A stretch of DNA of 64,000 nt, from positions 1 through 64,000 of IMG/VR virus record IMGVR_UViG_3300033153_008400. One strand, written 5' to 3'. Positions 47,401 through 55,026 of this stretch are shown here, in pieces; position 1 is the stretch's first letter, and each line of letters starts with the position of its first letter. This DNA comes from a virus. Under the pieces are notes generated by a model, which had not been told where the DNA came from, searched no databases, and saw nothing but the letters and a program-made list of their open reading frames with translations. A program made the translations under genes and the position numbers.

Positions 47401-50081
47401 TAGAGGAAAATATTTCTGTAGTATCATATTATGCTTCTCTTAAGAATCCAATAATTAATCAATGGGGACAAATTTATTCGTATATTACTGTTGATACAGG
47501 GTTTCAAAGAACTATAAATGATCCTTATGAATATTATACAATATTTGGTGGAGATACATTTATCAGCAAATTTGCATTTAAAACAAAACTTCCATTCTTT
47601 ATAGATAATAGAGTAAATGGTTTAGATGATAGTGATATATTTTATGATGAGATTGGTAATATAGCTTATCCTAAATATTGGCATTCAGCAAGAAGTATAA
47701 CTGAAGATGTGACTATTTCAGGTGTGGGAACACTACCTAATTTTCTTTCATATAAGGCACATAATTTTGATTGTCCTAATAATCAAACATTAGGAACGGA
47801 TCCTGAAGAGCCTGAGAATACATTACCACCTAGTACAAATCCTGATAGAATGTTTTATGATGGGTACTACTATTTATTTGCATATGGTATTCCTAGTTTT
47901 TACTGTGAGAGCTCTTATAACTTAGATCTAAGACAAGCATTTAACGCGAGAGAAGGAGAATACTGGCCACATGTAAGCACTTCTATTCCTGATGATTGGG
48001 TACAAGAAAGTTATGTAAGTATTTTAAATGATAATACATATACCTATAATGTTACTTATTCTAAACAGAACAAAGAAGATTCTTTTACAAATCTTCCTGC
48101 TAATTGGAGTGATAAACTGTGTTACACTCATTTCCCTTTTAGAGCGATATATAGTGATGTACAAAATACCGATCAAGATAACAGATCTAATAATTGGTTG
48201 ATTTATAGAGCTGTTTCTTACTTTGATTTTCCTCAGAACTATGGTAAGTTTACATCAATAGATGGTATAGCAGATAAGGCAATTCTTGCAAGGTTTGAGA
48301 ACAAGTCTTTGTTATATAACAATTTGCTTACAATTGATACAAGTAATCCTCAAGCAGCCTATATAGGTAATAATAGATTATTTAGTGATGCACCTCCTGT
48401 TGATTTTGCTGATACAGACTTAGGATTTGTGGGCACACAAAATAAGATGTTGCTTAAAATACCTAATGGACAAATATCCGTAGATGCTAAGCGTGGACAA
48501 ATATTTTTATTGAATGGTACCAATGCAGAGATTATCTCTAAATATGGTAGTGGTATGAACAGTTTCTTAAAAGAACATTTACCATATAAAATGCTTAAAC
48601 ATTTTCCTGAGACCAAAATAACTGTTGACGACGACATCATCACTGTCCCAGGGATAAATATAGATAACAATTTCATAGGTGTAGGACTACATGGTGTATA
48701 TGATAATAGATTCGATAGAGTCTTAATCACTAAATTAGATTACTTACCATTATTTGATGATATTGAATTAGACCCTTATACTCAAAAGTTCTCACTTGAT
48801 GGTATAGATATTGAATTGACTGATCCTACATATTTTTGTAATAAGAGTTGGACATTATCCTTTAATTTGAATACGAAGAGTTGGATATCTTTTCATAGTT
48901 ATGTACCAAACTTTTATATAGCAGAGAATAACTTCTTTTATTCAGGATTGAATGATTGTTGTACTGCTGCTGCAATTAGTGGTAATGATGGGGGTAAAAG
49001 TTCTTTTGACTTTATAGTAGGAGAAATAATTGAGAATCCTATTACGACTACAACGACTACGGTATACAGACCTATTTGTACTCCATTGTTTGGAAATGCA
49101 GTACAACAATATACAGTAGAATGTGACCCATTAGAAGGAGAGGTAGAACTTACAGATTGTATAATAGTAGGTGTAGGAATAATAACTACAGGACCAGTTA
49201 TTCCTTGTGAACGTCCAGATGGTTTAACTTTAAATTATTTTATTACAGGATATAACGATGGTACCCCTGTAGATACTACTGTTTCTGAAATAGCTGCTTG
49301 TAGTGGAAGTTTCTTCTTAAAGAATACTATTGATCCTACAGTAACTGTTTCTGTCATAGAAGGAGAACATCAAGATATTGCTTTAAATAATATTATTTAT
49401 GCTGGTGTTGATTTAGAAGATTGTACTGTTATACCAGATGGTTGGTATTTTACTGATGAATTAATGTTTGAAGGAAAAGTAATACATGTAGTAGATGGAG
49501 AGATTGTGGAAATAGTTGAATGTGTATATACTACTACAACAACAACAACTGTAGCACCTACTACTACTACAACGACAATAGCACCTACTACTACTACAAC
49601 AACAACTGTAGCGCCGACGACTACCACTACTACAACAGTGGCACCAACAACGACTACGACAACAACTGTAATGCCGACGACTACTACCACTACTACGGTA
49701 GAACCAACGACCACTACAACAACAACTGCTATTCCATATGATTATTTCTGGGTACATGGTTGTCCTGGTTCTAATTATGAGAATAGAGATGCTGTTGTTA
49801 GATCATTATCTTCTAATAATTGGGGATCTAATGGTTCAGGGTATAGTGGAAATGTAAGATCAGAATTTGGACATACATTCTATTATAATGGAATAGCAGA
49901 TGATGGTGAAAATAGATGGAATACAACAAATGATTGGTCTAATTATGATGGTGATATGCATAGTGATTGGGGACATCAATATCATTTTGGAGCACCAACA
50001 CAAGTAGAATGTACACCAGTAACAACAACGACTACTACTACGGTAGAACCAACGACGACAACAACGACAACAACTGTATAG
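44448..50081 (+). CDS. Tail stabilisation/muzzle protein, N-terminal part, with C-terminal Thr repeats
   Basis: GMDMD...YALNA, GYLRDEVYPF, IRHHKFPD, FGGDTFI, SWTLSF...SWISFHSYVP motifs. Confidence 0.8.
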   Translation: MAKKKSNETSSKNKSLTNIIKEYNIARLGMDMDSSTAQIVKGKLSYALNAVVENFDANSINYQNEPGNIFCLDFPEDYILIGRYFINEQYKHIFFLTNPITGNSQIGYMVNNDCVYHILVKDPCLGFDVNFPIHKVVHKITNCSTEIYWTDNIARRYLDIDNIPYKLLSGTAACDPIYSDTIDCNQLKVQPNFTVPSLEIVGVSAGGDLISGTYQFAIQYADAVGEPLTSYYSITNPCPINDPFTVSVNYNTPVGKSITVRAGNLDTSGQFEYFNLAVIKTINNIAEVELVGTYSLPGLTKDITYSGANKILIPLAIADITEKFPYYDQADDITTARDILIWKGLTTIDRINYQSIASDITLDWETHRIPADENYADELNATNMRGYLRDEVYPFEIVFILTNGRQTDGFHIPGREISREESITPEVSTANADFIGPPERMSGDIGYSPYWKIYNTASVTGYSPGKQDTDDYKGPYQYGKFAYWESNDEYSCNEDLWGDLAGKKIRHHKFPDVNVSPINESSPFTTSEGMVMEDTAIYPIGVRISLDQVNTLIKHSNLSQAQKDEIAGIKIIRGNRGTNKSIIGKGILRNVGKYGREGEEYYFPNYPYNDISEDPFLNKINNAWSAECDQYIIEITELVEGKAIVTYKNCDNNKSDTKTYDSIGIQEPLCSIGFPVLNAPGTVKIANYEIWKINSHEVWTWHLIPPHYGPSFCAGWKAEWINASGEVQQEWVEGWPTFSSYDIEVLPGTEPKCIDGCSHCGKYISDGPVSTVEGTGACDDETPMDPIEELDTLRQVFNSPETSFGQPFLGSVLKLENVLFGRGKAHFVEVKDNAKYKLLSIEAQQDAVEASETIGLITDPFNPGGFFVSYQAYMEIYIKSISRKNYAYSYNSIASYNYNKSIPNGLGIKQRNLDIYRYLIPGVQSIGEDITINNYNRESSVFLKTDEEVSQLPFPKDSLNMLPTGVEDISRHTLSEKENCSTPALEENISVVSYYASLKNPIINQWGQIYSYITVDTGFQRTINDPYEYYTIFGGDTFISKFAFKTKLPFFIDNRVNGLDDSDIFYDEIGNIAYPKYWHSARSITEDVTISGVGTLPNFLSYKAHNFDCPNNQTLGTDPEEPENTLPPSTNPDRMFYDGYYYLFAYGIPSFYCESSYNLDLRQAFNAREGEYWPHVSTSIPDDWVQESYVSILNDNTYTYNVTYSKQNKEDSFTNLPANWSDKLCYTHFPFRAIYSDVQNTDQDNRSNNWLIYRAVSYFDFPQNYGKFTSIDGIADKAILARFENKSLLYNNLLTIDTSNPQAAYIGNNRLFSDAPPVDFADTDLGFVGTQNKMLLKIPNGQISVDAKRGQIFLLNGTNAEIISKYGSGMNSFLKEHLPYKMLKHFPETKITVDDDIITVPGINIDNNFIGVGLHGVYDNRFDRVLITKLDYLPLFDDIELDPYTQKFSLDGIDIELTDPTYFCNKSWTLSFNLNTKSWISFHSYVPNFYIAENNFFYSGLNDCCTAAAISGNDGGKSSFDFIVGEIIENPITTTTTTVYRPICTPLFGNAVQQYTVECDPLEGEVELTDCIIVGVGIITTGPVIPCERPDGLTLNYFITGYNDGTPVDTTVSEIAACSGSFFLKNTIDPTVTVSVIEGEHQDIALNNIIYAGVDLEDCTVIPDGWYFTDELMFEGKVIHVVDGEIVEIVECVYTTTTTTTVAPTTTTTTIAPTTTTTTTVAPTTTTTTTVAPTTTTTTTVMPTTTTTTTVEPTTTTTTTAIPYDYFWVHGCPGSNYENRDAVVRSLSSNNWGSNGSGYSGNVRSEFGHTFYYNGIADDGENRWNTTNDWSNYDGDMHSDWGHQYHFGAPTQVECTPVTTTTTTTVEPTTTTTTTTV

Positions 50082-50083
50082 AT

Positions 50084-50956
50084 ATGGGAACAAAGGTAAT
50101 TTCAATAAAAATAACAAGAGCAGGCAGTAAGACAGGCCCTTTTGATATCTATGATCAACTTGGTAATCTTATAGCAGAAGGTGTTTCTAAAGAAACATTG
50201 ATTTCTGGTATAAGTTATGTTGTGGATGAAAGTGTTACCTTAATTACTATTAGGTCTCTTAGTGGATGTTGTGTACAAGACGTATCAAAGAATTTAGAGG
50301 ATATCACTAAATCTCAATATAATTTCGTAGACTTAGAAAGACATATTACAGCTTGTCTGTGGACACATCTTATTGATCACACAATATATAATTCTTATTA
50401 TGGATGTATACAACCATACATTATAGAGTATCCTTTTGCTTATCAATACAGAGATGAGATTTTACAAAACGTAGAAGATTACAATAAAGTATTCAGATAT
50501 TTTAATGATGGTCTGCATATTTCTGATAGAAACAATAGAATCCAATTAGATACTGAATGGTTCAATAAGGCTGTAGTCTATAATGACCAACAATCTTCAG
50601 GTATTTTATTATTAGAGGCTAAGCCTATAAATAATATGAGTGAATATATGAAGTATCCTAAGTTCAATGATGATAATAAATCTATCATTTGGACTAAGGC
50701 AGATAATCTGTATCAATACAATACCTTCTGGTCTTTAGTCAAAGATAAATCTTCACCATTATTCCTTACTACTTGTGAAACTTTAAACATAGACAAGGTA
50801 GTAAATCAGACTAATATGGATTATTCAATCAGAGCATATCGTAAAGATACAATCAGAGCGAAAGATGTTAAGATTAGACATATATTGGATAACAAAGATG
50901 ATATTACAATAGTAACACAGTTCATTATTTCACCTGCACAAATATCTTACATGTAA
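50084..50956 (+). CDS. Separately encoded muzzle C-terminal domain with an N-terminal 'GPF' module (frame open from 49967)
   Basis: ATG at 50084, MGTKVISIKITRAGSKTGPFDIYD; LWTH...YNSYYG..QPYIIEY...FNKAVVYNDQQSSG. Confidence 0.65.
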   Translation: MGTKVISIKITRAGSKTGPFDIYDQLGNLIAEGVSKETLISGISYVVDESVTLITIRSLSGCCVQDVSKNLEDITKSQYNFVDLERHITACLWTHLIDHTIYNSYYGCIQPYIIEYPFAYQYRDEILQNVEDYNKVFRYFNDGLHISDRNNRIQLDTEWFNKAVVYNDQQSSGILLLEAKPINNMSEYMKYPKFNDDNKSIIWTKADNLYQYNTFWSLVKDKSSPLFLTTCETLNIDKVVNQTNMDYSIRAYRKDTIRAKDVKIRHILDNKDDITIVTQFIISPAQISYM

Positions 50957-53900
50957 TGGGATGGTTAGACAAATATAATGATATTCCTAAAGCCCAAAGT
51001 GGTAAAGTAATTCCTCTTGATGAGGTTGAGATTGAAGGTTATAGTAGAGATAAACAAGCTTTATATGATAGATATGTAAAAGATAATCATTTTGATTCTG
51101 ATTCTACTCATGGAATTAACTTTCTTTATGATAAATATGTAACTCCTGATAGAAACTATATGAAAGAAGGATATGAGAAAGATTTAGCTAAGTATAATGA
51201 TAGTTTAAAATTATGGAAAATAGGTGAAGAAGAAAAAAGAAGATATTTTGAACTCCTTAAAAAAAATAATTTGTCTGCTGATGATTTATGGAATTATTCA
51301 AAGGAGCAAGGTATGTCAAGATCTGCTAAAATACAACCTATAAATTATAACAGAGTTCTTCGTGCTCAAAATCCTGAAAATATGTGGGGACAACGTTCAA
51401 ACGAAAATTATTATAGAACTATTACTAAAGAAGAAGGAGTAGATGAAGATAAAAATACTTATAGGTATTCTATTGATGGTAAAATAAAAAAAATTCCTTG
51501 GGACAGTAAAACAGCTTTTGAAATAGATCAAGGTTATCACACATTTAAAAAACCAACCAGACCAGTTCCACCTAAACCTAGAAAGAAGGTGGAAGTAATA
51601 AAAAGTAAAACAAAAAAAGTTTCCTCTATAAAACAAAAAGAAAATAATACACTAATACCAAGAAGAGAAACTCCTGTAAATATTAAATCTTATGATGTAA
51701 CACAAATACATGATAAACATTCAACAAGAGGAAAACACACTACACCAGAAAAGACTGAAGAATTATTTGATGATTATCAAAGGTTTAAAGATATTGAAGG
51801 TGGGCCAAGATTGAAGGTGATTCCTAATTATCAAGATGGTGGATGGTTAGGTAAATATGAAAATGGTGGAGTAATAAAAGATAACCGTGGACAATGGGAT
51901 CACCCAGGAGAGATCACAGAAATATCAGGAAATAAAATGAGAACAGATGGTTATGGAGATACATCATTATATGTAGTACCAGATAAAGGAAGTCCTAAAG
52001 TAATCCATGCTAATACAGGAACTCATGAATTTCCTGGAGCTACAAAGTTTACAGAATATCCAATGGCTCAAGATCATGGTGATTTAATGAAGAAAGATAA
52101 TACTAGAGTAGCTTCTCCTCATGTTAAAACATTTAATCCTCAACAAATAGAGAATGTTGCAAATAGTAACTGGGCATTTGAAAGTAGAATTAGACTTGAT
52201 GATGAATTATGGCAAGAAAGAGAAGATAATACTGTTTACCCTCCTGAATGGCCTGAGTTAAATCTTAAAGATAAAAGAAAAATTAGAGCTACTACAGGAA
52301 AACCAGTAAGACCTAAATATGATTTAATAGGAGATAAATATCAGTTAAATAATATAGATGATATAATGCAATATGCTAGACATAAGGGACTTACTAAAGA
52401 AGACTTATGGAATTTGGCAGCGATTGAGATGCAAGAGACTGGTTGGGGAAAAAGATCAGAAGGAACTGTAGGACATGTACTCGGTAATTATGGTGGTAAT
52501 GATGATGCAGAAAATTTTGTTAATGCTTATATAGCTAAAAAAGCAGAGGCTAAAAGATTAGGAATTACTGATCCTGCAAAAATACTTCAAATTTATAATG
52601 GTACAGGTATAGTAAGAAAAGATACTGAAAAAGATGTTCATGGTTATGAGATGAAGAAAATTTATGGTGTTTCTATTCCTAAGGAGGGAATAGATATGTC
52701 TAAGAATCCATTATATGGAAAACAGATTATAGATATTAGAGATAATGTATTGAAAAATGATGTTAATGTAAAAAAGTATATAGACTCTACTGCAGCATCT
52801 AAAGAACCTTTTCCTCAATATTTAATGCCTGAACAAATGAACTCTCCTTGGGAGAAGTACTTATGGAAACTTCAAATAGAACAAGAAAAGAAAGATTCAT
52901 TATTACATGCAGAACAAGAAGAAAAGAGAGTTAGAGATCTTTCAGGTGGAGAACTTTTTCCTATTGAGAAAGAATTAAAAGGAGGTAAGATAGAACAAAA
53001 TGGTGGTTGGATAGATAAAATGCAAGATGGTAATACAGTTTCTCAAACATGGGAAAAAACTACTGGAACTAATTGGTCTCAAGCTAAAGAACGTGGTTTG
53101 ACAGATGGTTCTTATGATAATAATATTAAATTATTAAATGACCTGAAAAGTGGTATGTACGATAGAGATACACCAAATACACCTATTTCAGAAAATACTA
53201 ATTTTAATGAAGCTTTTGCTAAAGCTAGAAAGATTAAAGGAGCTAATAAATTATTTAGATACGAAGGTAAAATATATGGTACAAACATAGCTAATGAAAA
53301 ATTTAATCCTACTGATGCTGAATTAAAACAATTTAAAATAGATACTCCTGAAGTAAAACAAAATATTAAAGAAAATATTAAAATTATAAATTCACCTTAT
53401 GTTTCTACAGCTACAGTAGATAATACGCCTATAACAGGAGAACCAAAATGGCAGAATTGGAATGATATTAGAGCTAGGGATGCCGAACTTAATAAAATGA
53501 GTAATGTAGACCTAATCAATCAATATCATAAAAGAGATACCAAGACTACTAGTTATACAGTAAAAAGTGGAGATAACTTAAGTGAAATAGCTAGAGATAA
53601 TGGTGTTACTTTACAAGATCTTAAAACATCTAATAATTTAAAAAGTGATTTGATAAAACCAAATCAAAAGTTATCTATAGAAATTGCTCCAGAAGGAGCT
53701 ACTCAATATTTAATTATTGATAAGAAAACAGGGAAGAGTCATTTATATAGAGGAGGTAAAGAAGTAGCATCCTTTGATATGTTAGTAGGAGAAAATGAAG
53801 GAGATGCTCAAACTGTAACCAAAGTAAAAGATCCTTCTGATGATGGTATACCTATTACTAGTGAAGAATCTAAAACAGCAAAAGCAGATTGGCCTGCAGG

Positions 53901-54984
53901 AAATAAATCAACGGGTGCAGGAGAATTCACTATTAGTGTTGCTAGTCCAACATCTGAAAGACAATATGGTAGAGGACCTTCATTTAATTTAAAAAATAAT
54001 GTTGGTGATGAGATATCTACTACTTTGCATGGTGCTCCTGGGAGGAGAAATTATTTTGGTTCGAGTAATCCTAAACGTTCCAATGGTTGTATTAATGGTA
54101 AATGTAAAGATTTAGATGAGCTTTATAATACTTATGGTTTAACAAAAGGAGATAAGGTTTATATTTTACCTGAAGATGAAGGAAATAATTTTATTATAAG
54201 AAATAATAAATTAGTATTTGATGTTAATTCTGAAAAGGATTATGAGAACTATACAGATAAAAGAGGTAAACCACAAAAAGGTCAAGGTATAAATAGAACT
54301 GTAAATAGCTTAAAATATAACCCTATTAAAATAGAATTTGATGAAGGTAGATTTAGAGAGGAAAAATTTACTGCACTTGATTTTGATGATGAGAAAGAAC
54401 TAAATAATGTAGTTAAACCTTTTATAGCAGCGTTGTCAAAAGATAAACAGCAATTAATGAAAGATTTAAAAATAGATGGAGATATTTATAATGAAATAGC
54501 TAAAGCTACTTTTGGTATATTTGGAGTAGAAAGTACATTTGGAGACACAAACCTAGGTATAACTAATCTGGGTAAAGGTATTTACAGAAAAAGTGTAGAT
54601 TGGTTAAATGAGAAAGGTTATACTAATAAGAAAACTCCTGGAGCACCTGATACTAAAACAGAAAGTATGTATAATGCTATTATGGGAAATGAAGAATTTG
54701 CATCTTCTGGATTAACACAAGTAGTTTGGGGACAACTTTCTGCTTCAGAGAAAAAAACATTATATAAGTATAATATTTATAGTGTACGTAGTCTTAACAA
54801 TCCTAAAAAAGCAGCATTAGCTACATTAATTATACTAGGACACAGATATAATAATGAAATTAAAGGAAAGAAAAATCCTTCTAATATAGAGAGTGATTTA
54901 GCTTTTGCATGGAATCACGGTAAAAAATATGACATGAGAGTAAAACATGCCACAAGATTCATTAACTTAAAAGAATTAAGATAA
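50956..54984 (+). CDS. Virion cargo protein with peptidoglycan-active modules: LysM, L,D-transpeptidase-like and lysozyme/transglycosylase-like domains
   Basis: YTVKSGDNLSEIA...IKPNQKL (LysM); LHG...SNGCIN (YkuD catalytic H/C); FGVESTFG...GLTQ...WNHG (SLT-like). Confidence 0.75.
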   Translation: MGWLDKYNDIPKAQSGKVIPLDEVEIEGYSRDKQALYDRYVKDNHFDSDSTHGINFLYDKYVTPDRNYMKEGYEKDLAKYNDSLKLWKIGEEEKRRYFELLKKNNLSADDLWNYSKEQGMSRSAKIQPINYNRVLRAQNPENMWGQRSNENYYRTITKEEGVDEDKNTYRYSIDGKIKKIPWDSKTAFEIDQGYHTFKKPTRPVPPKPRKKVEVIKSKTKKVSSIKQKENNTLIPRRETPVNIKSYDVTQIHDKHSTRGKHTTPEKTEELFDDYQRFKDIEGGPRLKVIPNYQDGGWLGKYENGGVIKDNRGQWDHPGEITEISGNKMRTDGYGDTSLYVVPDKGSPKVIHANTGTHEFPGATKFTEYPMAQDHGDLMKKDNTRVASPHVKTFNPQQIENVANSNWAFESRIRLDDELWQEREDNTVYPPEWPELNLKDKRKIRATTGKPVRPKYDLIGDKYQLNNIDDIMQYARHKGLTKEDLWNLAAIEMQETGWGKRSEGTVGHVLGNYGGNDDAENFVNAYIAKKAEAKRLGITDPAKILQIYNGTGIVRKDTEKDVHGYEMKKIYGVSIPKEGIDMSKNPLYGKQIIDIRDNVLKNDVNVKKYIDSTAASKEPFPQYLMPEQMNSPWEKYLWKLQIEQEKKDSLLHAEQEEKRVRDLSGGELFPIEKELKGGKIEQNGGWIDKMQDGNTVSQTWEKTTGTNWSQAKERGLTDGSYDNNIKLLNDLKSGMYDRDTPNTPISENTNFNEAFAKARKIKGANKLFRYEGKIYGTNIANEKFNPTDAELKQFKIDTPEVKQNIKENIKIINSPYVSTATVDNTPITGEPKWQNWNDIRARDAELNKMSNVDLINQYHKRDTKTTSYTVKSGDNLSEIARDNGVTLQDLKTSNNLKSDLIKPNQKLSIEIAPEGATQYLIIDKKTGKSHLYRGGKEVASFDMLVGENEGDAQTVTKVKDPSDDGIPITSEESKTAKADWPAGNKSTGAGEFTISVASPTSERQYGRGPSFNLKNNVGDEISTTLHGAPGRRNYFGSSNPKRSNGCINGKCKDLDELYNTYGLTKGDKVYILPEDEGNNFIIRNNKLVFDVNSEKDYENYTDKRGKPQKGQGINRTVNSLKYNPIKIEFDEGRFREEKFTALDFDDEKELNNVVKPFIAALSKDKQQLMKDLKIDGDIYNEIAKATFGIFGVESTFGDTNLGITNLGKGIYRKSVDWLNEKGYTNKKTPGAPDTKTESMYNAIMGNEEFASSGLTQVVWGQLSASEKKTLYKYNIYSVRSLNNPKKAALATLIILGHRYNNEIKGKKNPSNIESDLAFAWNHGKKYDMRVKHATRFINLKELR

Positions 54985-54989
54985 ATCAT

Positions 54990-54997
54990 TACCTTTG
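54990..54997 (+). promoter_or_regulatory. Possible -7 promoter element
   Basis: TACCTTTG 30 nt upstream of ATG 55027. Confidence 0.4.
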
Positions 54998-55026
54998 AAT
55001 AAAATATAATTTAATACCTACACACA

